Shown here one piece after another: positions 1 through 11,000 of a DNA stretch of 64,000 nt. Each line of letters opens with the position of its first letter. Position 1 is the first letter of the stretch. The translations under genes and the position numbers were made by a program. The stretch spans positions 53,728 to 117,727 of the IMG/VR virus record IMGVR_UViG_3300023174_003433, one strand, 5' to 3'. The notes beneath the pieces were generated by a model that ran no database searches, was not told the DNA's origin, and saw only the letters and a list, made by a program, of their open reading frames with translations. Source of the stretch: a virus.

Positions 1-2847
1 AATAATGGTCATACGGGTATTGCTAAAATCTAATCTAGAATTTACATCTAATCCACCAACTCTTGCTGTAGTAGCAATTAAGTTACCTTTGAACCAGTTA
101 CCATGAATATTTGCTTTAGTAAATGATGCAGCGTTAACATTGATTACGTTACCTGATACCTCTGGTGTATAACCTTGAAACGCATAGAATTCTTTTGTTA
201 GGGCATCTCGAATCATACCGGCATGAGCATTCGTGCCATCATTATAGTGACCAACATAACCAATTGTTAAAGCATCTGTATAGTAATTTCCTATACCAAG
301 TTGAATTAAAGTATCTTCTACTTCAAACGAGGTTACATTAAGTGATATGGTGTTGCCAAGAACAACTAAGTTACCTGTTACTGTAACATCATTACCAAAT
401 ACCACATTGCCGGTTACTGTTTGACTTGCTGCACCAGTTAATGCTAATCGATTTGCTATATTAGTATTCTGTGTAACATCCACACCTTCAATGATCGTCA
501 TGCGAGCATTTTGGCCTGCATCGACACCATCAATAATATTCATCCGTGTGTTACTGAAATCCAATCTTACGTTTTGGCTTAAATCCACACCCTCGGATAC
601 AGTTAATCTGGTGTTTTGAGTTACATCTACACCTTGTATAATAGTAATGGCTGTATTGCTAAAATCTAACCGAACGTTTTGGCTTAAATCAACACCTTCA
701 CTTACAACTATACGAGCATTTTGGCTAGTGTCGGTACCTTCAATGATGGTCATACGAGAATTTTGACCAACATCCACACCTTGTATGATTGTTATAGCGG
801 CATTACTGAAATCTAGCCTTACGTTTTGGCTTGCATCGGTACCTTCAATCACGGTCAATCTGGTGTTCTGTGTAACATCTACACCTTGGATGATGGTAAT
901 AGCCGTGTTACTAAAATCCAGCCTTACGTTCTGACTTGCATTGGTACCTTCAATGATGGCCATACGAGCATTTTGGCTGGTATCTGTACCCTCAATGATG
1001 GTCATTCTGTTGTTTTGGCCAACATCAACACCATCAATAATGTTCATTCTAGTGTTACTAAAATCCAATCTTACATTCTGGCTTGCATCAACACCTTCAA
1101 TGATAGTCATGCGAGCATTTTGGCCTGCATCAACACCATCAATAATGTTCATTCTAGTGTTACTAAAATCCAATCTTACGTTTTGGCTTGCATCAGTACC
1201 TTCAATGATTGTCATGCGAGAATTCTGGCCAACATCCACACCTTGTATGATTGTTATAGCGGCATTACTAAAGTCCAGTCTTACGTTTTGACTAACATTC
1301 ACACCATCACTTATAGACATTCTAGAATTTTGACCTGCATCCACACCTTCTATGATGGTCATACGAGTATTACTAAAGTCCAGCCTTACGTTTTGGCTTG
1401 CATCGGCACCTTCGATAATGGTCATTCTAGCATTTTGGCTAGTGTCAGTACCTTCAATGATTGTCATGCGAGCATTTTGGCCTGCATCCACACCATCAAT
1501 AATATTCATACGGGTATTACTAAAGTCCAGCCTTACGTTTTGGCTGGCATCTGTACCTTCAACAATGGTCATTCTAGCATTTTGGCCAACATCTACGCCT
1601 TGAATAATAGTAATGGCTGTGTTACTGAAATCTAGCCTTACGTTTTGGCTGGCATTTACACCATCAATTACAGTCATTCTAGTATTCTGGCCAACATCAA
1701 CACCTTCGATGATGGTCATACGAGTATTACTAAAATCTAACCTTACGTTTTGGCTGGCATTAACGCCATCACTTATGTCCATGCGGGTATTACTGAAATT
1801 TAACCGAACATTCTGGCTCAAATCAGTACCTTCAATCACCGCCATTCTAGTATTGCTGAAATCCAATCTAGAATTTACATCTAAACCACCAACTCTTGCT
1901 GTTGTAGCAATTAGATTGCCTTTGAACCAATTGCCGTGTATGTTTGCCTTGGCAAACGATGCATCATTAATGTTGACCGTATTACCTGTTACTCCTGGTG
2001 TGTAACCTTGAAATGCATAGAACTCTTTCGTTCCCGCATCACGAATCATACCAGCTTGAGCATTTGTTCCATCGTTGTAATGGCCAACATAACCGATAGT
2101 TAGTACATCTGTATTATAATTTCCTATTCCCAACTGAATTAAAGTATCCTTTACTTCAAGCGAGGTCACATTAAGTGATATTGTATTACCGAGAACAATT
2201 AAATTACCTGATACAGAAACATCATTGAGAAATGCAACGTTACCAGAAACAGTTTGAAGGCTTGCTCCAGACAAACTTAGTTTGTTCGCTATGTCGGTGT
2301 TTTGAGTTACATTCACACCTTCAATGATGGTCATACGGGTATTACTAAAATCTAATCTAGAATTCTGGCTTGCGTTTACGCCATCACTAATGGTCATACG
2401 ACTATTTTGACCAGCATCTACACCTTCAATGATGGTCATGCGAGTATTGCTGAAATCTAGCCTTACGTTTTGGCTAACATTAACACCATCACTAATTGCC
2501 ATGCGAGTGTTACTAAAGTCCAGCCTTACGTTTTGGCTAGTGTTTACACCATCACTAATGGACATTCTAGCATTTTGAGAAGCGTCTACACCTATGGTTA
2601 CGTTAGCTTGATTGTAACTAGCTTGAGCCAATACTGTTGCCGTATTTGCTTGATTATAAGCTTCTTGAGCTTTTAGATCAGTAGGAGGATTACTAATAAT
2701 TTTGATGCCAGTATTAGATCCAATAAACAAAGTATTGGATACAAATGAAAATGCTAATTGTCCATCATCTAGTGTTAGTGGCGCACTATTAGAGTACGAC
2801 CGAAGAATCTGTATGGTCGATATATTAGATGTATTTGCAGCTGGCAT
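1..2847 (-). CDS. Long tail-fibre-like virion protein with heptad repeats (partial, runs off the left edge; absent from ORF track)
   Basis: ATG at 2847 overlaps the upstream stop (TAATG). Reads MPAANTSNISTIQILRSYSNSAPLTLDDGQLAFSFVSNTLFIG..., then many 14-aa (MTIIEGVDASQNAR) and 7-aa (LDFSNTR) units and two copies of a ~140-aa domain; frame appears open to base 1. Confidence 0.85.
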   Translation of the reverse strand, partial: MPAANTSNISTIQILRSYSNSAPLTLDDGQLAFSFVSNTLFIGSNTGIKIISNPPTDLKAQEAYNQANTATVLAQASYNQANVTIGVDASQNARMSISDGVNTSQNVRLDFSNTRMAISDGVNVSQNVRLDFSNTRMTIIEGVDAGQNSRMTISDGVNASQNSRLDFSNTRMTIIEGVNVTQNTDIANKLSLSGASLQTVSGNVAFLNDVSVSGNLIVLGNTISLNVTSLEVKDTLIQLGIGNYNTDVLTIGYVGHYNDGTNAQAGMIRDAGTKEFYAFQGYTPGVTGNTVNINDASFAKANIHGNWFKGNLIATTARVGGLDVNSRLDFSNTRMAVIEGTDLSQNVRLNFSNTRMDISDGVNASQNVRLDFSNTRMTIIEGVDVGQNTRMTVIDGVNASQNVRLDFSNTAITIIQGVDVGQNARMTIVEGTDASQNVRLDFSNTRMNIIDGVDAGQNARMTIIEGTDTSQNARMTIIEGADASQNVRLDFSNTRMTIIEGVDAGQNSRMSISDGVNVSQNVRLDFSNAAITIIQGVDVGQNSRMTIIEGTDASQNVRLDFSNTRMNIIDGVDAGQNARMTIIEGVDASQNVRLDFSNTRMNIIDGVDVGQNNRMTIIEGTDTSQNARMAIIEGTNASQNVRLDFSNTAITIIQGVDVTQNTRLTVIEGTDASQNVRLDFSNAAITIIQGVDVGQNSRMTIIEGTDTSQNARIVVSEGVDLSQNVRLDFSNTAITIIQGVDVTQNTRLTVSEGVDLSQNVRLDFSNTRMNIIDGVDAGQNARMTIIEGVDVTQNTNIANRLALTGAASQTVTGNVVFGNDVTVTGNLVVLGNTISLNVTSFEVEDTLIQLGIGNYYTDALTIGYVGHYNDGTNAHAGMIRDALTKEFYAFQGYTPEVSGNVINVNAASFTKANIHGNWFKGNLIATTARVGGLDVNSRLDFSNTRMTII
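30..460 (-). repeat. Internal domain duplication; second copy at ~1865-2290 (offset 1833 bp = 611 codons)
   Basis: aatctagaatttacatc at 32 and 1865; both copies encode ...IQLGIGNY.TD.LTIGYVGHYNDGTNA.AGMIRDA.TKEFYAFQGYTP...ANIHGNWFKGNLIATTARVGGLDVNSR. Confidence 0.9.
470..1870 (-). repeat. Coding degenerate 42-bp/21-bp repeat array (coiled-coil heptads); a second block lies at ~2300-2600
   Basis: Recurrent plus-strand units such as accttcaatgatggtcatacgag and ttactaaaatctagccttacgttttggct. Confidence 0.85.
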
Positions 2848-3068
2848 TAAAAGAATCCGTTATCTATAATTAATCGTGAATTTTCTGCTGGAGCAATAAT
2901 AAAAGAATTTGTTGAAGCCACATAAGTTACCACATCACGGTCTAGAGCACCAGCCATACTAACATCACTTAATGCTTTTAATGTTGTTGCACCATATGAT
3001 AGTGTTCGAACTGTTTGTTGAGAAGCACCTAGTTGTACATTGACTGTACCTATTGTTTGACCTGGCAT
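2847..3068 (-). CDS. Small hypothetical virion-associated protein
   Basis: 73-aa ORF tightly packed in the tail operon. Confidence 0.6.
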   Translation of the reverse strand: MPGQTIGTVNVQLGASQQTVRTLSYGATTLKALSDVSMAGALDRDVVTYVASTNSFIIAPAENSRLIIDNGFF

Positions 3069-3071
3069 GTT

Positions 3072-3410
3072 TTACCTCGTAACTCGTGGAGAAACATCAA
3101 CAATGCCTTCTAAAACTCTTGTTACTGTATTGGCACCGGCATTGGTGATTATTGTGTCGTAAACATATCTTCCTGGAGAAATGTTAGCGGTTTGAGCAGA
3201 AGTCAAAGCAAGCTCAATGACCCCTGTGGCGGGGTATACTGTTGTTGAAAATGTTGCTGTAGCGTTTGAGGAATAGTAGGATTTACGCATTTGACCACTG
3301 GCCGTACAACCAGTTAAATCGTATACGTTACCATATACATCGTCTAATGTAATAGTGGTATTAAATGTGGTACCTTGTTCTAACAGTAGATTTGAGTAAG
3401 CAGCTGGCAT
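3072..3410 (-). CDS. Conserved T4-like virion structural protein (beta-sandwich type)
   Basis: NL.LEQG.TF...DLTG.TA..QMRKSY.S...L.LT..QTA.I.PGRYVYD...TRVLEG.V.V.P.VTR pattern typical of marine/freshwater T4-like phages. Confidence 0.7.
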   Translation of the reverse strand: MPAAYSNLLLEQGTTFNTTITLDDVYGNVYDLTGCTASGQMRKSYYSSNATATFSTTVYPATGVIELALTSAQTANISPGRYVYDTIITNAGANTVTRVLEGIVDVSPRVTR

Positions 3411-3442
3411 TTTATATTCCTGATATCATTAATCCTATTGGA

Positions 3443-3450
3443 TATTTATG
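3443..3450 (-). promoter_or_regulatory. T4-type late promoter (CATAAATA variant)
   Basis: One mismatch to TATAAATA, ~33 nt upstream of the 3410 start. Confidence 0.55.
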
Positions 3451-3544
3451 TCAACACCAACTTAAGCTCAAAAGTAAATTCGCTTTTTGGAATCTAGGAT
3501 TTCGTCTCCGGAAATTCTAGGCCGGAATGAAAATTTTCGAATTT

Positions 3545-4801
3545 TTAATTATTCAGTTCGTTGTCAAGGGGTTTACGAATTGAATCTAATTCTTTTTTGA
3601 GTTCTTTGATGGCCTCGACTAAAAGTGGTATAACTCGTTCATAATGAATAGTGAGATATTTCTCATCAATCGGTGCTGGAACAACCACTTCAGGTAATAC
3701 TGCCTGTACTTCTTGTGCCGATAGGCCAATTTCTGGTTTAACTGTATATCCTAGAGCTTGTGCGGTTTCATTGGCTTCATATTGAAAACCATTTAATGTC
3801 ATTACCTTGGCCAACGCATTTTCTATATTACCCAAACGTTTCTTCAATCTATCATCCGAATAATAAGCAGTAATATTGTTGGTGGCACGAAGTTCGCCTG
3901 TTGTACCAGAACCTGCAGTTCCTACACCAACCGATCTAAATTGAACATCATTACCCGTACTCACAGATTGGTTAATTGTGTAACTAGAGAGATTTGCTGA
4001 AGAACCGGCGATATCACCAGTTATCTTAGAACCCGCTAAAGATGTAATCCATGAAGGATTAGCATATGAACCATTATTAACCACTCCATTAACTACTGCC
4101 ATATTAAACGTATTACCTGAATTTAAAGCAGACTTAACAAATTGTGTTGTGGCCACAGTATTAGTGTTTGCATTTAAATCTCCAGTAACCGCTGTTGAAC
4201 CAGCGGATAATGTCGCAACACCACTATATGCACCAGCAATTGAACTTGTAGAAATTGCATTATTACATGTAATATTATTAAAAATGCCTGTTGTACTAGC
4301 GTTAATAAGTGGAGCAAATATTGCAGTATTTGAAGTTAAAGAATCTGCCACTACAAATCCAAGTGCATTTAAATTTAAAGTTCTTATTAAAGTATTTGCT
4401 GTAATTCCGTTAACAAAGGCACCACCACTGGCATTTACTGTTGTGGTTCTTACTAAAGTGTTTGATGTGATTGAATCAGTAATTAATGTTTTTGCAATAA
4501 CAGCATTATTAGCAACTTGCAAAGCAAAATCGGAACCAGTAATTGCTACGTTAGATGTAGCAACTAAATCTCCCAATAAAGAGGTGTTTCCAGAAACAAT
4601 TGCTCTTCCTAAACTAACAGTATTGGCTACTGACAAAGCAACACCAACTCCATTTAAAAATAAAGTTCCAGTATCTTTAGTGAAATTGTTAGAAGATGTT
4701 CCTCCAGCAAGATTATTTAACTCGACTGCAGCTTTATTTTGCTGAGCAACTAAGTCACCAAATGTGTTATTAAAACTTAAAATGTTTACTGTATTTGCCA
4801 T
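3545..4801 (-). CDS. Tail fibre with C-terminal intramolecular chaperone (peptidase S74-type) domain
   Basis: AYYS-DDRLK cleavage motif, IGLSAQEVQAVLPEVV, YERVIPLLVEAIKEL coiled coil. Confidence 0.85.
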   Translation of the reverse strand: MANTVNILSFNNTFGDLVAQQNKAAVELNNLAGGTSSNNFTKDTGTLFLNGVGVALSVANTVSLGRAIVSGNTSLLGDLVATSNVAITGSDFALQVANNAVIAKTLITDSITSNTLVRTTTVNASGGAFVNGITANTLIRTLNLNALGFVVADSLTSNTAIFAPLINASTTGIFNNITCNNAISTSSIAGAYSGVATLSAGSTAVTGDLNANTNTVATTQFVKSALNSGNTFNMAVVNGVVNNGSYANPSWITSLAGSKITGDIAGSSANLSSYTINQSVSTGNDVQFRSVGVGTAGSGTTGELRATNNITAYYSDDRLKKRLGNIENALAKVMTLNGFQYEANETAQALGYTVKPEIGLSAQEVQAVLPEVVVPAPIDEKYLTIHYERVIPLLVEAIKELKKELDSIRKPLDNELNN

Positions 4802-4803
4802 TA

Positions 4804-5025
4804 TTAGTTCCTAGTGAACAATTGTTGTAAAAGATGTTTAATTTCTTTTACATCATTTTTTACGTCATTAATTTCAGATTTTAGAGTATTTATTTCGGAC
4901 TTCTGATTGTTTATTAACTTTGATTTAAAAGTATATTCTTCTAAACCTACAGAATCAGTATTAATCAGAGCCATAGTGTTAGTATCTCTAACAAATGTGG
5001 TTCCTGGTATTTTAACTAATGGCAT
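4804..5025 (-). CDS. Small coiled-coil protein conserved next to the large virion protein
   Basis: VRDTNT.ALINTD motif plus C-terminal coiled coil. Confidence 0.65.
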   Translation of the reverse strand: MPLVKIPGTTFVRDTNTMALINTDSVGLEEYTFKSKLINNQKSEINTLKSEINDVKNDVKEIKHLLQQLFTRN

Positions 5026-5028
5026 TTT

Positions 5029-8000
5029 TTATCCTATTGCTGGTAGAGCGATTGCACGAATATCAGTTAAGAACGGAACAGCAGTTTTATCTGATGTTGC
5101 AAGAACTACTTTAATTGCAAACTGACTAAATCTATTATATGTTTGTCCGTTAACTGTACTGGCGTAAGAAACATAATTCTGAGCAGTTCCTCCAGAACCA
5201 GGAGCAGCAACATACTCGTACAAATTGTTTCTGTTTTCAGAAAACTTAGAATCGCCACTATTAATTAAAGTCATTAACTGCCAGTTACCATCATCAAATA
5301 ATTGTGTATCGGTTCTTGAAAGAATCTTGTAGTAAACATAGATATTTGTATTAACTGGACGATATGCGGTAAAGTATACACGTAAATCGCCAGAATCAAA
5401 TCCTTGGTCCAATACAACTTTTTTGGTAATATATTTGGCAAGACCATTACCACCAGATTTAGAAGTTTCACCGGCAATCGTAATGATAGCATTTGCATTT
5501 CCTGTCAACCGAGTGTTTCCTGTTGATTCAGAAAGTGTAATTGTTGGTGTTGTTGCATAACCAGAACCACCAGAGGTAATGAAAATACTAGTAATATTAC
5601 CTTGTGCTGAAACATTAGCTACAGCTACTGCACCCGAACCAAAACCATTTGCAGCAGTAACGGTAACCAATAGTGTATTGGCGTTATAACCACCACCAGT
5701 ATTGGCAACAGAAATCATTGAATTAGAGATTCCAAGATTATTAATATTCCAACGAATTGTATACACACTTAAACCATCATCAGAAATCATTGGTGACACG
5801 GCATCATCTGCGGTACTCATTACTGCATACAATGAGAACGATGTATTAGAATCGGCAACAAGTACACGTTCACCATATCCATCATTTAAATAAATGTCAT
5901 CATACGTTGGTGTACCAAATTTACCTGGAGTTATTCCGGTTGTTGCTGCAGCTGTAAATGAACTATTCAATGTAGCACTATAAGTGTAATTTAATGTTGT
6001 ATCGCCGGGCAAGAAATCAGTTGTTGAGATATTCAATGCGTGAATTGGAACATTTGTATTTGCCGAAGTAACAATCTTATTAGATGTTGTATTAGGATTC
6101 AAATAATAGTTAATATCATCTTCAACAACTTTTCTGTATGGTAATCTATTAGGTACAACAAACTGTAATGTTGGAGTTACTGTTTTAGAGAATACGCAAC
6201 GATTCATTACAAACATCATTGCTTCATTTTGGTCAGCAGTCCATGTTTGTAGATTTTGAGAAACAAACAGAGAACCAACATATGGTGCTGAATTAATCTT
6301 AGTTACTGTAGTTGGTGTTGTGTCTGTTGGCAAATTCTTAGTAGAAGATGCAATTGCAGTATCACCAAGTTGAGCAGTATAGATTGAATACTCATTTGAT
6401 GTTGGGCAACGAACAATAAATGCATACAACTTGTTGGATTCCAAATATACAGGAGCAGGGAACTTAAACAATGTGTATGTTGTAGGATCCAAATAATGTG
6501 GTTCTGCTGTAGGTTCATTAATATGTTCAGAAGTCAAAGTTACTTGTGAATTATCTAAAGTTTCACCATTTGGATAACCATTAGTAGTGCCAACAATTGA
6601 CAATGTTACTGGTGCAAAACCTGTTGTTGGCTTAGTTGCAAAAAACAATTTAACAGAATCAATGAATACACCGTTAGGATAATTTTCTTTATCAACAATA
6701 AACGTTTGTGCAACAGGATCCCAAACTACAGTATATGTGTATGAGCTTGTATTTTCTCTTGTTGCTGTGCTAACAAATGTATTCTTTGCAGCATCAATAG
6801 AAGAAGCATAATTTAGACCTTGTTTTGTTGCTTGTAATCCTGAAGCAAAGAATGTTGCCTTAGAATATGTTGTTGCACTATCTAAATTGTTATTGATACT
6901 ATTATCAATTCTAAATGTTCTTTCACCTGTATTAAATGTGCCACCAGGTATAGAGAACACACCAGAAACCATACCAACTTCATTGGTCTTTAATGAACCA
7001 ATAGAGTAAATATCACCATTGGCTGCTGTGATAGAACTACCTAATGTGGCCAACTTAGTGGTGCCATTGTATGAGGTGATATTGGCAGATTGACCAACAC
7101 CTGTTCCGTTAATTACATACAATGTATTGCCAGCATAGAAGTTGGTTGTATTTGAAGCAAGAGGTGATAATGTAAGTGTAGTAGTTGTATTGGCATTGGT
7201 AATTAAACCACCCAAATGAGTATAGGTACTAATTACACCACTTGCCGTTGTTGTTTGATATTGACCAGATGTGTTAAACTGTGCATTACGGACTGAAGCT
7301 CCAGTATTAAAATTCGCATTAACAATATCACCAATTACATATAAACGTACATTGGTTGTTCCTGAATAGCTGTAATATGAGAGAACTTTTGCAATTGGTG
7401 TAAAATTACCACCAGCAAAATAACCAATGATATCACCATCTTGGAATTCACCAGAAACATTAGTTAATTCTAATACGTTTGGTTTACGAATATACTTATT
7501 AACTTGTACGTTGTCAAAATAAGCATTAACAGAAGTGTTAATTAACATGCCATACGAATTAAAGAATACAAATTGTTGACGAATGTAAGGAAGAATACTA
7601 ACGTCTTGTACATATCCAGAAGTTTCAACATAACTAGAATTTAACTTGTCATAGTTACCTAAAATAGTTTGTTGTTGTTCTTGGATATAATTTGTCACCC
7701 GATTGGTGAACCAGTTTCTACCAGAACCAATTGTAGCAACCGTTGTTGTTGCAACAGTAGTTTTCCAATCACCCACTTGTAACACATTAACTTGGTCGCT
7801 TGCACGATATACTTGTAAGTTAGGATCAACAATTAATAAATCAGGAGATTTTTGTGTATCTACCCAATTGTCCATTGGAGGACTTAAAGTTGTTATACCT
7901 TCTTTGAGAGCCACAGCAAAAGGATTTAAATTGACTGTGCGGGAGGCAATTGGCTGTGTAACAACATTCGATGTTGTGTATGGTAATGTATAGAAATTAG

Positions 8001-11000
8001 AAGAACCAGATTTAGAAATCTTGTAGTTCAAATTGTTTGCACTTGTTGAATCTATCTGACCCATGTTATATACAAGTGATAACGACTGTAACGGGAAATT
8101 AGAAACATTCTGTGATGCTGTCATCTGTTTTGTTCTACGATTGACAGTAATCAAATAATCATTATTATTTGTATCTGATGTTGAGTAACCAGAGAAGTCA
8201 TCAACTAAAATACCATTTTTGAAACGATTTAAACCATTAGTATCAGGAATCTGTAATGCGGCTGCATTTTTCTCTAAGAGATTTAATGCTGTATAGTATT
8301 CAAGATTGTTTACTCGGCTTTCTAAACCAGTAATATCACTCATTAACCAACGTTTATGTTTCACTTTCTCAACAGAAAGATTTGGTAAAATACCAGTAGT
8401 TACTTCACTTGGAATATAAGCTGTGTATGGATCGTGGAATAGATTTGCAACAACCAATGCACCATCTGGTTCTGCCGGCAGTAAAGGATTATCAGAAGGT
8501 GTTCCTTGAATGATTTCAAATGCACGGTCTTTACTTAATACTAATTTGTCGTAACGTCCCAAATAATTGGAATAATCAGAAACAAATGTACTTAAATCGA
8601 CAGGCATATAGGCACCAGCAGCACCAGAGCCAGAACCACTAGTTCTAATTGTAAAGTTTGCTTGAGCATTAATAAGTGCTGGTCTAAAATCTAAAGCATC
8701 TCGTAGTTGATATGTTGTGCCTGAAGTACTTGTGTAACTTGGTATCTCTGCATAATTTTCTGGTAAAGAAGAAACTGGAGACAAATATGAACCAACAGAA
8801 TAATAACCATCACCACCAGTTGTTTCATAATAATCTAACAACACCAACATATTACCTTGTATTGGTGTTTGACCAATTTTTAAAGTAAGTGTTGCAAAAT
8901 CATAATATGAATCTCTTTGGCCGTTATCAAACAAGAAACGGTTTGTAACATCAAAAGAAGGATTCGTCAACATTGCATCTGTGGGCACAGTTGCCGGCGC
9001 ACCAGTATCAATAATTTTACGAATTCGTTTTACATCAGTAATATATAATTTTTGTGGCTGTCCCGCAGAAACTAAACCAGAATTTTGTACATATACTTGT
9101 CCATTTGTTAAATCAACTTTGGTAAAAGTTGCAACAGTTGTACCGGTATAATTTACGTTTGCTGTATTTGCCGTTTTGAGATTTTTGGCTTTTAACACAT
9201 AACTGGTATCATTACCATTTCGTACATATGCTTTGGCAATAATGGTGGCCGTAAACGCACCTAGGTCGCTTGTTGGAGTTGTGAAGGTCGCAGTTGATCC
9301 GCTACCTGAAATCGTTACGGTGCGACTTCCTGTCGTCCAAGGCAGGCATTGGCCGGCTCTCAGACCACTGGATTGTGGATTGGTAACGATAATTTGAAAG
9401 TTTTGAGTAACCGAATCTGCTGAAAGTGCTCCGTTACCAAATGGGAAAGATAAAGTGGCAACTGGTGCGGCACCAAATGTTAAAGCGGCAGAAATATTAG
9501 CACCAGAAACAGTAAATGCCACATTTCTAAACACCTGAACGGTATTATAAGAAGTATCTGTTACGGTGCTTACATAACGATTACCCAAATTGAATAATAA
9601 TTCAGGATTGTTTTGATTTTGTAATACTGTATCACCAGTGGAAATATTACCAACTTTACTTGAATTATCAATTGCAGCGTTTGCCGTAATTGTGTATGGT
9701 GTTCCTGGAGTATCTACAATGATAGATTCATAATCAGTAACATCAAAACGTAATGTAAATACTGATGTCGTATCTGGTGCAACAGTAAATGGCCGGTCAA
9801 CAAAAGCAACTCTTGTTGCTCCACCTGGAACATAAGATGTAATTGTTCTAAAATCACCAGCAGATGTGCCTCGGTCAATACTAATTGTTACGTTATAGTA
9901 AGCATTGGCATTGGCAGAAAATTGTGCTGTACTTGGTATTGTAATAAATGTATTATTGGCGGAACTGGCTGATGCATTTGCTGATAACGCTTGATTCTGT
10001 AATCCAAACACATATGCTTTGTAAATATAAGCATCACCATTAGAAGTGTTTGATGTGCTAGAAAATATTAAATTGCGAATATAACCTGTACCTGCCAATG
10101 TTGAGTTATATGTAGTTACGTTTGCTGTATTAACATTTGCTTTAACTACACTATGAAAATCAACTGCCGGTAATGTGGATACATCAAACACACCATTGGC
10201 AGAATTAACATAGAAATAATTGCCATAATCAATATATGTTGGATTATTATTTGCAGCTGATGTTGTTCTTGCACGGTCATTGGTTAAAGTAACATCGCTT
10301 TGAGTTTCTAAACGATAACCACGAACATAGGAAATACCTTTTGAAATACCTAAATTATATTTTGCAGAGTTAATTGTATTTGCTTTAGGTGTCAATGTGT
10401 AATCTTTGACAATAAAATCACCATTTGTATCACTAGTACGTTTTGCAATGTAATCATCGATTGTTGAGTAAACGGTTTCATTGACTTGTTTAAGTATTGA
10501 ACCATTTTCTAAACGAACTAATTCAATAAAATCATTGTCATTACCCAAATCTAATGGACGTGTTTCTAGTGATAATGTAATTTTATATCGGTCGGCACCA
10601 GGTGCCTGATAGTTGGAAGCATTTAACGCTGGATCCAATAAACTAGAATCGTCTGTATAATTGTAAATACTTTCAGTTGCATTTAAACCAACACGTAATG
10701 ATGGTGTTGAACTATATTTTTCTAAAGGAATAGTTGTTTCTGATACAGTAACAAAGTTACCTTTGACATAGAAAATACCATCAGAGATAGAAGCGACAGA
10801 ACTTAAACCTGTTGCAAAATTGGTAACTGTTTCTGTTATTAATGTTGCTGTGTAGTTTGAATCTACAAGATAAATTGTATCACCACTTACAAAACGAGAA
10901 CCTGTAATATAAGATACAATTAATGTGGGTGAATCGCCAGCTGCACCGGAACTAGTTGTTGTTGCTTCAGCTGCATAAACTACTTTAGCAACAACACTTG

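Noticed and set aside
30-2290. Possible DGR template/variable repeat pair
   Set aside because: Differences are mainly third-codon-position rather than adenine-specific, both copies lie in one ORF, and no reverse transcriptase is present
470-2600. Possible CRISPR-like array
   Set aside because: Units are degenerate, multiples of 21 bp, in frame and vary mostly at synonymous positions; no unique spacers
826-2676. Plus-strand repetitive ORFs (826..1635, 941..1291 and others), some Cys-rich
   Set aside because: Antisense shadows of the minus-strand repeat fibre gene, which the track missed because it runs off the window
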